Source: an uncultured Eubacteriales bacterium
GTDB taxonomy: Bacteria > Acidobacteriota > Aminicenantia > Aminicenantales > Aminicenantaceae
DNA: 64,000 bases
Direction: 5' to 3'
Assembly: GCA_964440805.1 (NCBI GenBank)
Contig: CAYTTR010000005.1
Coordinates: 19,847-83,846 of the forward strand
Within the stretch, counting starts at the first letter, position 1; each line of letters opens with the position of its first letter. The position numbers were made by a program, and so were the translations under genes. Positions 19,314-28,858 of the stretch are shown here, piece by piece. The notes under the pieces are model-generated. The model had not been told where the DNA came from, searched no databases, and worked only from the letters and a program-made list of their open reading frames with translations.

Positions 19314-20401
19314 GAAAGCAGGCAGTAATTTTTACCGGAGGAGGCACAGGAGGACATCTCTATCCTGCCATTGCGGTCAGTAATAAACTCCGGGAAAAAG
19401 CCCCTGAACTTCGCCTTGTCTTCGTGGGAAGTAAAAGGAAAATTGAGGAAACTCTTATGAAAAAGGAAGGCATAGAATTTTTCAAGCTTCCCATCAAAGG
19501 CTTGAAAGGAAGAGGATTACGGGCTCTGGACACGCTCATGCTTCTTCCTTTCGCTTTCCTGAAATCGCTGATTATTTTCCTTAAGGTCAGGCCTTGCCTT
19601 GTTGTTGGAGCTGGAAGTTATAGCGCAGGCCCATTGGTTCTCCTGGCATCGATGATGAAAACCCCCGCCCTTATCCTCGAACAGAATCTTTTTCCAGGAT
19701 ACACTAATCGCCTTCTTCTCCCCAAAGTTGATAAGGCAGTAGTTGCCTTCGAGGAGTCTCTTCCTTACTTCAAGGGAAAAGGAGTCTTTCTGGGAAACCC
19801 GGTAAGAGAAGATTTCTATTCCATTCCCCCCAAGGAAAGAACAGGACCTCTAACCCTATTGATTTTCGGTGGAAGTCAGGGCTCTCACTTTCTTAACTTA
19901 GCTGTTTTGACCACCCTCCCTTTCCTTCAGAGAGAAAAAAATTCTCTGCTGATATTTCATCAGACCGGACCAAAGGATCTTGAGCTGGTAAAAACCGGCT
20001 ACCAAAAACACAGCTTTCGCTTAGTTAAGGTAGCTGCTTATTTTCATAACATGGCCGAATTCTTCAGTAAATCTGACCTAATCATCTGCCGGGCAGGAGC
20101 AACCACCATCGCTGAAATTATAGCCGCAAAAAAAGCTGCTCTCCTTATTCCTTTTTCCCGGGCCACTGAAGACCATCAACTTCAGAACGCTCGCTTATTA
20201 GCAGAGAAGAAAGCAGCGGAATTAATGACTGAAGAAAATTTTAGCCCAGAAAACTTAGCTGCTAAAATCTTGGGTTTTCTGGAAAACAGGGAGAGTCTTG
20301 ACCAGTTTGAAAGGAATCTGGATTCGTTCCGTTCAGAAGATACGGCCGGAAAGATTGCAGGGCTTTGTTTCCAAATGATGAAGAACAGGAAAAAGGAGTG
20401 A
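19310..20401 (+). CDS. murG: Lipid I N-acetylglucosamine transferase MurG
   Basis: GGGTGGH, EQN, GNPVR, GGSQG, RAGATT, HQLQNA; start ATG 19310 (ATGA overlap with ftsW), not 18971. Confidence 0.96.
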   Translation: MRKQAVIFTGGGTGGHLYPAIAVSNKLREKAPELRLVFVGSKRKIEETLMKKEGIEFFKLPIKGLKGRGLRALDTLMLLPFAFLKSLIIFLKVRPCLVVGAGSYSAGPLVLLASMMKTPALILEQNLFPGYTNRLLLPKVDKAVVAFEESLPYFKGKGVFLGNPVREDFYSIPPKERTGPLTLLIFGGSQGSHFLNLAVLTTLPFLQREKNSLLIFHQTGPKDLELVKTGYQKHSFRLVKVAAYFHNMAEFFSKSDLIICRAGATTIAEIIAAKKAALLIPFSRATEDHQLQNARLLAEKKAAELMTEENFSPENLAAKILGFLENRESLDQFERNLDSFRSEDTAGKIAGLCFQMMKNRKKE

Positions 20402-21795
20402 ATCAATTGGTAGATCACATCTACAGCAAACTAAAACACATCCACATGGTGGGAATCGGCGGTACAGGAATGAACGGTATCGCTGAAGTCCTGCTTAACC
20501 TCGGATATAAAGTCTCGGGAACAGACCTTCAAGAAAACGAAGCCACTCATCGCTTAAGAAACTTAGGGGCGAAAATATGGAAAGGACATAAGGCCGAGCA
20601 TATACAAGGAGCAGATGTTGTGGTTATTTCTTCGGCCATAAAGAAAGGCAACGTGGAAGTTGAAGAAGCTAAAAAACTTAAGATTCCAGTTATTCCCAGA
20701 GCGGAGATGCTGGCTGAGCTGATGCGTCTAAAAATGGGGATTGCAGTAGCGGGCTCCCACGGAAAAACATCCACCACCTCCATGATCGCCCAGGTTTTAG
20801 AACAGGCAGGATTTGACCCAACTGTCATTGTGGGAGGCAGATTAAACACGGTTGGTGCCCATGGAAAGCTGGGTGAAGGAACTTTTATTGTGGCTGAGGC
20901 TGATGAAAGCGACCGTTCTTTTCTTTATCTTTCTCCCTTTATAGCAGTTTTGACTAACTTAGATGAAGAACATCTCGACCAGTACAGGACTGTGGAAGAA
21001 ATCAAAAAAACATTTGCATCCTTTGCCAATAAGGTTCCTTTTTACTGTCCGGTTATACTCTGTCTTGATGACCCCAACCTGCAAAGCCTCATTCCTTCCT
21101 TAGAACGCCGTATCATAACCTATGGTTTTTCCGCCCAGGCTGATATTTACGCTCAGGAACAGACATTCAATGAATTCTCAAGTTCCTCTACTATTTACTG
21201 GAAAGGTAAAAAACTGGGAACTCTCAGGCTAAATGTCCCCGGTCTTCACAGTATTTACAACGCCATGGCTGCCGCAGCTGTAGGCCTTGACCTGAACATT
21301 CCTGTTTCCACTATCCTTAAAGGACTGGAAGCTTACCAGGGAATAGGGCGGCGTTTTGAGCTCAAAAAAACAATAAACAATATCATGCTAATTGAAGATT
21401 ATGCCCATCACCCTACCGAAATAAAAGCTACTCTTGACGCCGCTAAAAAAGGATGGTCCCGGCGCATTCTGGCTGTTTTCCAGCCCCATCGTTACACCCG
21501 CCTTTTCCAATTGATGAAAGAGTTCGCCACTTCTTTCAATCAGGCCGACTCTCTTATAATTAGCGAAATTTACCCAGCAGGAGAAGATCCAATTCCTGAT
21601 GTTACGGGAGAAAAACTTTTTCAGGAAATTCAGCTTTTTGGACATAAAAATGTGCTTTTTGAGCCAGAACTCGAAAGAATTCCTTCTCTTTTGAAAAAGA
21701 TAACCAAGCCGGAAGACATGATTTTCATTCTCGGAGCCGGCAACATTAGCCAAATCATCCCTGATATCATCAGACAACTGGGAGGCAAGAAATAG
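20398..21795 (+). CDS. murC: UDP-N-acetylmuramate--L-alanine ligase
   Basis: GIGGTGM, AGSHGKTSTT, EADESD, DYAHHPTEI, FQPHRYTR; start is GTG 20398 or TTG 20407. Confidence 0.96.
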   Translation: MNQLVDHIYSKLKHIHMVGIGGTGMNGIAEVLLNLGYKVSGTDLQENEATHRLRNLGAKIWKGHKAEHIQGADVVVISSAIKKGNVEVEEAKKLKIPVIPRAEMLAELMRLKMGIAVAGSHGKTSTTSMIAQVLEQAGFDPTVIVGGRLNTVGAHGKLGEGTFIVAEADESDRSFLYLSPFIAVLTNLDEEHLDQYRTVEEIKKTFASFANKVPFYCPVILCLDDPNLQSLIPSLERRIITYGFSAQADIYAQEQTFNEFSSSSTIYWKGKKLGTLRLNVPGLHSIYNAMAAAAVGLDLNIPVSTILKGLEAYQGIGRRFELKKTINNIMLIEDYAHHPTEIKATLDAAKKGWSRRILAVFQPHRYTRLFQLMKEFATSFNQADSLIISEIYPAGEDPIPDVTGEKLFQEIQLFGHKNVLFEPELERIPSLLKKITKPEDMIFILGAGNISQIIPDIIRQLGGKK

Positions 21796-21797
21796 TC

Positions 21798-22679
21798 ATG
21801 GCCGTTCAGTTTCCTTCCACCCTGGGGTATGGAGAAAAATCCCTAACTAAAGGAACTCTCTATTTTCGCCGGAAAAAAACAGAGGTCCGCACCAAAAAAA
21901 TCCAACGCCGGAAGCAAAAACTTCGATTCAAACACATTATGGGTATGTTTATCCTCTTCTCTATTATGTTTCTGGGCTTGCAGCAATTCTGGCTCTTTCT
22001 CATTAGCTGGGATAACCTCAGGGTCACCCGTATTGAAGTCCGTTGTTCTTTGACTGAACTCCAGCAGGGATTCGAGAAGGCTCTGAAAAATCAGGATTTG
22101 GGAAACCTTCTTCTTCTGGATTTAAAAAACCTGCAAAAAGCAATTTCTTCCCATAATTGGGTCAAAACGGTCCAGACAAGAAAAATATTGCCCTCATCTC
22201 TGGTAATTGACATCATTCCCAGGACACCTTCTGCCGTACTCGAAAAAAATGGCTCTCATTACCTTATTGATCAGGATGGTATTTTCCTAAAAAAAATCGA
22301 GCCCGGTCAAGAAGCAGAACTTCCAGCCCTGATTGATAAAAACAATTTCCAGAAAGATTATTTACAGAAGCTCAGCCTTGCCTGGCAATGCCTAAATGAA
22401 TTGCCTTCTGAGACCGTCAGTAATATTTCCCTCATGGATCTTTCTCTATTTAGAAATATTTCCATTAAGCTTAAAGAATCGGAGACTTGGATCCATCTGG
22501 GAAACACAGGATTCAAGGAAAAAATGGAATTTTTGCACCGGGAACAGGAAAGCCTGAAAAATTTTCAACCGCTTGAATATATCGACCTACGCATTTCCGG
22601 CAGGCTTTACTTCATGCCCGGGAAAGAAACTAATTCTTCCCGCTTAGCCGGTTCTGCAGAGGAGGATAATAATGCCTAA
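21798..22679 (+). CDS. ftsQ: Cell division protein FtsQ/DivIB
   Basis: TM, POTRA-like segment (NLLLLDL...WVKTVQTRKILPSSLVI), C-terminal YIDLR; lies upstream of ftsA. Confidence 0.9.
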   Translation: MAVQFPSTLGYGEKSLTKGTLYFRRKKTEVRTKKIQRRKQKLRFKHIMGMFILFSIMFLGLQQFWLFLISWDNLRVTRIEVRCSLTELQQGFEKALKNQDLGNLLLLDLKNLQKAISSHNWVKTVQTRKILPSSLVIDIIPRTPSAVLEKNGSHYLIDQDGIFLKKIEPGQEAELPALIDKNNFQKDYLQKLSLAWQCLNELPSETVSNISLMDLSLFRNISIKLKESETWIHLGNTGFKEKMEFLHREQESLKNFQPLEYIDLRISGRLYFMPGKETNSSRLAGSAEEDNNA

Positions 22680-23895
22680 GAACGGATACCTTGTTGGACT
22701 CGATATCGGCACCAAAAAAACTACAGTCCTCATTGGAGAAATAACCGAAGAAAAAAAAGCTGAAATCATTGGAATCGGCACCGCAGAATCAAAAGGACTC
22801 CGAAAAGGAGTAGTGGTCAACTTAGAAGCAACTGTAGAAGCTATTAAAAAAGCTCAGGAAGAAGCAGAACTAATGGCCGGAGTGGAAATCGGTTCAGCTT
22901 TTGTAGGCCTTTCCGGTGCCCACATAAAAAGCTTTAACAGCCGGGGTGTCATTGCTGTATCCGGGAAAAACCGGGAAATAACAAGGGAAGACATCCGGAG
23001 AGTTATAGACCAATCCAAAACAGTTTCCATCCCCCCAGATAGGGAAATTATCCACATTATTCCCCAGGAATTCGTAGTGGATGAACAGGACGGAATTAAG
23101 GATCCCCATGGAATGAGTGGCATAAAGCTTGAAGTCAATGTTCATATAATTACAGGCATAATCACTTCAGTTCAAAACCTCCGGACATGTATAACCAGAG
23201 CCGGCATTGAAATCGAACAAATCGTTTTAAACCAGATTGCCGGCAGTCATTCGGTACTGACTCATGATGAGATGGAACTCGGAGTGGGGCTTATTGATAT
23301 CGGAGGCGGAACTACTGAGGTGGCTATTTTTGAAAGGGGCAGCCTCTGGTACACTTCGGTCATTCCCATAGGTGGAGACAACTTCACCAATGACATTGCT
23401 GTCGGTCTCAGAACCCCTATTCCAGAAGCAGAAAAAATCAAGAAAAAATTCGGTTGTGTAGTTAGCCCCCTTGTCGAAGAGCAGGAGACCATCGAAGTTC
23501 CTTCAGTAGGCAAAGGCAAAAAACCTCGTGTCCTTTCCCGCCAGCTTTTGGCCGATATCATATACCCCAGGGCCGAAGAAATTTTCAGGCTCGTAGATAA
23601 CGACATAAAAAGAATGGGCTTCGAAAAATCCCTTAATTCGGGAATCGTTATCACCGGAGGAGCCGCTCTTCTGGATGGACTCGAAGATGTGGCGGAAGAA
23701 ATCTTTGACCTCCCTGTCCGCAGGGGAGATCCCAGCGGAGTCGGAGGGCTTGTTGACAGAGTCAGTACCCCTGACTATTCCACTGCCATGGGATTAATCC
23801 TCCATGGCTACAATGAATGGAAAATCAGGGGATTTACAAAAGATAGAAAAAAAGGATTTTGGTCAAAATTAAAAGATTGGCTGAAAGAAGCATAG
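22672..23895 (+). CDS. ftsA: Cell division protein FtsA
   Basis: GLDIGT, GLRKGVVVN, IDIGGGTT, AEKIKKKFG, VITGG. Confidence 0.97.
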   Translation: MPKNGYLVGLDIGTKKTTVLIGEITEEKKAEIIGIGTAESKGLRKGVVVNLEATVEAIKKAQEEAELMAGVEIGSAFVGLSGAHIKSFNSRGVIAVSGKNREITREDIRRVIDQSKTVSIPPDREIIHIIPQEFVVDEQDGIKDPHGMSGIKLEVNVHIITGIITSVQNLRTCITRAGIEIEQIVLNQIAGSHSVLTHDEMELGVGLIDIGGGTTEVAIFERGSLWYTSVIPIGGDNFTNDIAVGLRTPIPEAEKIKKKFGCVVSPLVEEQETIEVPSVGKGKKPRVLSRQLLADIIYPRAEEIFRLVDNDIKRMGFEKSLNSGIVITGGAALLDGLEDVAEEIFDLPVRRGDPSGVGGLVDRVSTPDYSTAMGLILHGYNEWKIRGFTKDRKKGFWSKLKDWLKEA

Positions 23896-23904
23896 GAGGC
23901 AAAA

Positions 23905-25113
23905 ATGAGTGTAGAAACAAAAAACAAACTTAAATTTCACTTGGTGGAAGAAGACTTGGGGGCCAACATCAAGGTCATCGGAATTGGTGGTGGCGGAGGA
24001 AACGCCGTCAACCGTATGATCGAAGCCCATATAGAGGGTGTGGATTTTATATCCGTCAATACAGACCTCCAAGCCTTGAGTAACAACCATGCCGGGACAA
24101 AAGTACAGATCGGCAATCAATTAACCAAGGGATTGGGCTCTGGTGGAAGATCGGATATCGGCAAGCAGGCCGCCTTGGAAGACACCGAAAAAATTGTAGA
24201 GATACTCCAGGGAGCTGACATGGTTTTTCTTACCACTGGACTCGGAGGAGGAACTGGTACCGGAGCTACTCCTGTAATCGCTTCCCTGGCAACTGAGCTC
24301 GAGATACTGGTTATTGCTATTGTTACCCTTCCTTTCGGTTTTGAAGGAAAAATACGGGCCCAACAAGCAAAAGAAGGACTTAATGAGCTGAAATCTGCAG
24401 TTGACACTGTCATCTCCATTCCAAATGAAAGACTTCTCCATACAGTAACCCTGGATACAACCATTCAGGACGCTTTCAAAATGGCAGATGATATTCTCAG
24501 ACAGGCTGTACAGGGCATATCCGATCTCATTACCCGGCCCGGCATCATCAACCTTGACTTTGCCGATGTTAAGTCCATTATGAAAGGAATGGGTATGGCT
24601 TTTATGGGAACCGGAATTTCATCTGGCGAAAACAGGGCTGTAGAAGCAGCTCAAAGAGCTATTTCCAGTCCGCTCTTAGTAGATACCTCTATTGATGGAG
24701 CTCACGGAGTCCTCATCAACATCACCGGCGGGAAGGATATAACTCTTCATGAGGTTTCCAAAGCTTCCGAGCTCATCCATGATATGGCTCACCCCGAGGC
24801 CAATATTATCTTCGGAACAGTGATAGATGAAGGCATGAAAGAAACCGTAAAAGTGACGGTTATTGCCACTGGCTTTGATCATAAAGCTCAGCGCCCTGCT
24901 GCTCCTCCGGAGCGCTTCACTCCTGCTGCTCAGAGAATCAGTGCTTCATCCCCTGTTCCAGTCAAACCGGACACTCCACCCTATCTCTTCGAACCTAAGG
25001 GTGGTGACACTGTCTGGGAGAGACCAGCCTGGGAAAGGCAATGGGACTCATATGAAACTCCCTCCTTTATCAGGAGAAATAAAAACACTCCCTTGAGAAA
25101 AACACCTTCATGA
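23905..25113 (+). CDS. ftsZ: Cell division protein FtsZ
   Basis: GGGGGNAV, tubulin motif [18 protein letters not shown]-terminal YETPSFIR. Confidence 0.98.
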   Translation: MSVETKNKLKFHLVEEDLGANIKVIGIGGGGGNAVNRMIEAHIEGVDFISVNTDLQALSNNHAGTKVQIGNQLTKGLGSGGRSDIGKQAALEDTEKIVEILQGADMVFLTTGLGGGTGTGATPVIASLATELEILVIAIVTLPFGFEGKIRAQQAKEGLNELKSAVDTVISIPNERLLHTVTLDTTIQDAFKMADDILRQAVQGISDLITRPGIINLDFADVKSIMKGMGMAFMGTGISSGENRAVEAAQRAISSPLLVDTSIDGAHGVLINITGGKDITLHEVSKASELIHDMAHPEANIIFGTVIDEGMKETVKVTVIATGFDHKAQRPAAPPERFTPAAQRISASSPVPVKPDTPPYLFEPKGGDTVWERPAWERQWDSYETPSFIRRNKNTPLRKTPS

Positions 25114-26384
25114 TAAAAGCCGACCTGCTCATCCGGAACTGCCACCAGCTTCTTACCTGTCAGGGGCCTGTTCCCAAAAGAAGAAGTGAGCTACAGAATG
25201 TTGGCCTCCTTGAAAACGCCTCAATAGCTTCTTATAGAGGAAAGATTGTCTTTGTAGGAAAAAATGAAGAACTAAACAAAGAAGTCATCCTAAAGGATAA
25301 CGGCATGGTGGTGGATGCCGAAGGACTGGTTGGCCTTCCTGGATTCATAGATTCACACACTCATCTTCCTTTTGCCGGCAGCCGGGAGAAAGAATTTTCC
25401 CTCCGCCTTCAAGGTTATTCCTATCAAGAACTTGCCCAAAAAGGGCTGGGTATTCAGACAACTGTCAAAGCCACCCGGAAAATTCCTCCGGAGGAACTTC
25501 TAACCACTTGCCTCTCCCGCCTGGATTCTATGCTTCGTCATGGCACTACTACTGTGGAAGCTAAAAGCGGTTATGGATTGAACCGGAACGATGAGCTCAA
25601 ACAGTTGGAGGTTCTCCGGCAGGCAGATAAGCTTCATCCGGTGGATATTATTTCTACTTTCATGGGAGCCCACGAGATCCCCCCTGAGTATAAAAACAAT
25701 AAGGGAGCTTATTTAGATTTTCTGATTAAAAAAGTTTTGCCTGAAATCAAGCAAAAAAATCTAGCTGAATTTGTGGACGTTTTCTGTGAAGAAGGAGTCT
25801 ATAACCTTGAAGAATCCAGGCATCTCATTCGGGAAGCAAGAAAAATTGGATTTAAGTCAAGAATTCATGCTGATGAATTTTCTTCTTTAGGTGGGGGCCA
25901 ATTAGCAGCTGAAGAGGGGGCAGCCTCAGCCGATCATTTAATAGCCATTACCAGGGAAGGAATTCAAGCTTTGGCCGGAAGCAACACAGTGGCCACCCTT
26001 CTCCCAACCGTTTCATTTTTTCTCATGCAAGAAAAAAAGGCTCCGGCCAGAAAACTTATTGAAGAAGGCGCAGTGGTAGCTCTGGCTACTGATTTCAACC
26101 CAGGAAGCTCTCACTCTGAATCAATGCTTTTTTCACTTCAACTGGCTGTTTTTACTCTCAACATGACCGTAGAAGAAGCCATAAATGCATCCACAGCAAA
26201 CGCTGCTTATGCCCTGAACCGGGAAAAAGATACGGGCACGCTAAAAAAAGGGAAAAAAATGGATCTTCTTCTTTGTGACATCCCTAATTATCTCCACCTT
26301 GCCTACCATCCAGGGATAAACTTTATCCGCCATGTAATAAAGAACGGAAAAGTAGTAGTTAAGGACGGTTTCCTTGTAAAATAA
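25110..26384 (+). CDS. hutI: Imidazolonepropionase
   Basis: [45 protein letters not shown]. Confidence 0.93.
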   Translation: MIKADLLIRNCHQLLTCQGPVPKRRSELQNVGLLENASIASYRGKIVFVGKNEELNKEVILKDNGMVVDAEGLVGLPGFIDSHTHLPFAGSREKEFSLRLQGYSYQELAQKGLGIQTTVKATRKIPPEELLTTCLSRLDSMLRHGTTTVEAKSGYGLNRNDELKQLEVLRQADKLHPVDIISTFMGAHEIPPEYKNNKGAYLDFLIKKVLPEIKQKNLAEFVDVFCEEGVYNLEESRHLIREARKIGFKSRIHADEFSSLGGGQLAAEEGAASADHLIAITREGIQALAGSNTVATLLPTVSFFLMQEKKAPARKLIEEGAVVALATDFNPGSSHSESMLFSLQLAVFTLNMTVEEAINASTANAAYALNREKDTGTLKKGKKMDLLLCDIPNYLHLAYHPGINFIRHVIKNGKVVVKDGFLVK

Positions 26385-26480
26385 ACTACTTGCCTGTGGC
26401 GGTCTTGCCTCCCGCAAACAATAAAAATGTCCATTTTTTATTTCTTTAAGTTTCGATTGCTTTTCTCTCCCGCCTCGTTT

Positions 26481-26605
26481 GTTTATCTCGTTTGCTTAGT
26501 TCATCTTGTTATTTAGTTTCATTTATCTCGCCCATATCGCCTTTTTCACCCAGTTATACCAGACAAACCAGATGAACTAGATAAACTGAACAGACCGAAT
26601 AGACT
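26481..26605. repeat. Inverted pair of degenerate 9 bp tandem arrays between convergent genes
   Basis: gtttatctc gtttgctta gttcatctt..., then accagacaa accagatga actagataa actgaacag accgaatag; agttcatct and agatgaact are exact reverse complements. Confidence 0.7.
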
Positions 26606-26622
26606 CTTTTTTGTTTTCGAAC

Positions 26623-26637
26623 TAACCTGAATTATTC
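26623..26637. repeat. Solo copy of the MITE terminal repeat
   Basis: TAA|CCTGAATTATTC resembles both ends of the 59856-60117 element. Confidence 0.5.
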
Positions 26638-26641
26638 CCAT

Positions 26642-27925
26642 TCATCTGTTTCCGAACCTGGGATTAACTACATTGCTGAAGATAGAACCAAACCTGTAGT
26701 TGAATCCTACTTCCAGGCGGAAGTTATAGGAAGTAGCTAATTGCTTCAACTCAAGTAAAACCTCTTCCTTGGAAGCCCCGCGGCGGGGAAGAGCCAATTG
26801 ATCCCTTATTTGTGAATAAGAACCCTCAATATTGAAAGAAAACCCTTTAAAAACCCTCATGCTTATGCCTGCCTCAGCTCTTATATTGTTTTTAGAGAAA
26901 TCATGAAGAAAATGAGAACCTTCCAGCCTTAAACCGGCAGAACCCCATGGTTCCTTAAGCTCAAAGATAACCTGAAGCTCCTGGCGGAAAAGATGCTCCT
27001 GAAGCTTGTCAAATATTGTGACCTCTATATAATCCCTGAAATTGTAATCGAGCCTGTATTGAATACGAAGCTCCCTCCTATTTGCCTGCTCATAAGGAAA
27101 AATATTATATTCTATTGCTGGTCCGAGCCCGGTAAATACATTGGCATTATCATAGGTCGATGAAAAGACCCGGATAAAAATACCGGCTGCCCAGTTTCCA
27201 CCAACACCCTTAACATATTGGGAAAAGAGGATTTTTCGAGTGCTCCGGCTTATAATTTCACCTTCATCTTCTACATTGTACTTGTTTTCGCTGAAGTTAG
27301 CATTGGCCCAGAAACGGAACTTCATCTCTTCTGTGGTCCGGTTAACTGAAAATGATAAAGAGCCTGAGTATTGTTTGGAAAGTTCTTCCACATCGGCATC
27401 GCCGCGCAAGCCAACGCTGAAAACCCAGTAGTTCCAGGGATCACTTATCATAGAGGGGCGGGACTGCGGTTGTCCTTCATAAGTCACTGAAATATGTTCA
27501 GCCAATGGAGTGTCGGAAACATAAGGAATCAATCCTTGCTTCAGGACTTTGACCATTCCTTTTCGGATTTCATCTTCTGTATCCGTGGCTTTAGAAAAAA
27601 ATTTCAACGATGAATCTCGGCCCACGTAACGACCCCTTCCTATAAAATCAAGGTTGAACTCAAAACCTCCGCTTCCTGTTCTTTGTCTGGTAACAATAAT
27701 ATGAATATCAGCACTTTCCCTGTCCAAGACGTAATTGACAAAAGTGATCTCAGTCCTGATATAGTTCAGATCACAAATACTGCGGCTGCAATCCAGAAAA
27801 ACTTTAGGAGCAACACTGCGGAGTTTATCCATTTGAAGATAGGAGGAATTAGCTCCGAAAACCTGAATTCCACTAAATCCCAGGAGGATAACAAACAGAA
27901 CGATTAGTGTTCCTCTTCTTCTCAT
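26642..27925 (-). CDS. Putative outer-membrane beta-barrel protein with an N-terminal soluble domain
   Basis: Signal peptide; CSRSICD..YIRTEITFVNYV.DR...DIH N-domain; many amphipathic strands; ends FGSIFSNVVNPRF. Confidence 0.75.
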   Translation of the reverse strand: MRRRGTLIVLFVILLGFSGIQVFGANSSYLQMDKLRSVAPKVFLDCSRSICDLNYIRTEITFVNYVLDRESADIHIIVTRQRTGSGGFEFNLDFIGRGRYVGRDSSLKFFSKATDTEDEIRKGMVKVLKQGLIPYVSDTPLAEHISVTYEGQPQSRPSMISDPWNYWVFSVGLRGDADVEELSKQYSGSLSFSVNRTTEEMKFRFWANANFSENKYNVEDEGEIISRSTRKILFSQYVKGVGGNWAAGIFIRVFSSTYDNANVFTGLGPAIEYNIFPYEQANRRELRIQYRLDYNFRDYIEVTIFDKLQEHLFRQELQVIFELKEPWGSAGLRLEGSHFLHDFSKNNIRAEAGISMRVFKGFSFNIEGSYSQIRDQLALPRRGASKEEVLLELKQLATSYNFRLEVGFNYRFGSIFSNVVNPRFGNR

Positions 27926-27973
27926 GAAAATGCCCTCTTCATTTTGACTTTGATTAAGCACCTTTTATCTATC

Positions 27974-28702
27974 TTAAAAGCTGTCTTCTTCGGTGCGGAT
28001 AAAAACCTGAGACCAGGGAATAATGTTTATCTCTGATCCCCTGACCAAATCACGTCCTTGAAGAAATCGTTTATAAAGCCAGGAGTGGATAACATAAATA
28101 CGAACAATAGTCCCGGAAGTAATTTTCTCCGGAGCTACCACAATTTCCTTGGCCTCAAGGTCATTTTTATGACAAATTTCGTCTCCAGTTTTAAAGTTAT
28201 ATATAAAAACATTGACAGGATTCTCAAATCCAGAGAATTCCCAGGAAACTTTTAACTCCTTTGTGCTGTCAATAATCGAAGGCCGGGGAGAATGTAAGAT
28301 AAGCCAAATGGGAATAGAGTGAACTTCCTCAAAAAATCTTCCATCAGGCATCTCTATCCGGAGAATTATTTTACGGGGAAGCTCATCAGCCTCGACCTTA
28401 ATTCTCTTTTTATATTGTCCCCTATCCAGGATCAAAGGCTCAGAATTAACCCAAACTAATGCATCTGTAATGGGTTCGCCTGCCTGGGTTTCTCTTCGTA
28501 ATTCCACATATGCCCGGAGTTCATAGAGGTCAAGATCATTATTGTAGTCATAGCGGGAAAGACTTACAGTTGGATATATAGTTGCCCGGCAAAAAATTTT
28601 GTCCATTGGGGAACTTTCTTCCTGAAGAGAATGGCCCTGTTGAATTACTCCTATCAAAGTAAACAGACAAAGCAAAATAAAAAGGTTCCTTTTAATCATC
28701 AT
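27974..28702 (-). CDS. Secreted hypothetical protein (beta-rich)
   Basis: 242 aa ORF with a signal peptide and AAGGAG RBS; co-oriented with the downstream OMP gene. Confidence 0.75.
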   Translation of the reverse strand: MMIKRNLFILLCLFTLIGVIQQGHSLQEESSPMDKIFCRATIYPTVSLSRYDYNNDLDLYELRAYVELRRETQAGEPITDALVWVNSEPLILDRGQYKKRIKVEADELPRKIILRIEMPDGRFFEEVHSIPIWLILHSPRPSIIDSTKELKVSWEFSGFENPVNVFIYNFKTGDEICHKNDLEAKEIVVAPEKITSGTIVRIYVIHSWLYKRFLQGRDLVRGSEINIIPWSQVFIRTEEDSF

Positions 28703-28858
28703 TACTCCTTAACAATTGAATATTATAATACATCTCTGGCCTCGTGCCTATTTTTAATACACTTTGAACATTAAAATTATATATTGTATCCCTCAACAGT
28801 GAGTGTTAGAATCACTAACCGGCTAATAAAAAAATGAGAACCCACAGGGAGTCATCCA

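Noticed and set aside
26481-26605. Possible CRISPR array
   Set aside because: Units are 9 bp and degenerate with no unique spacers, and no cas genes are present.
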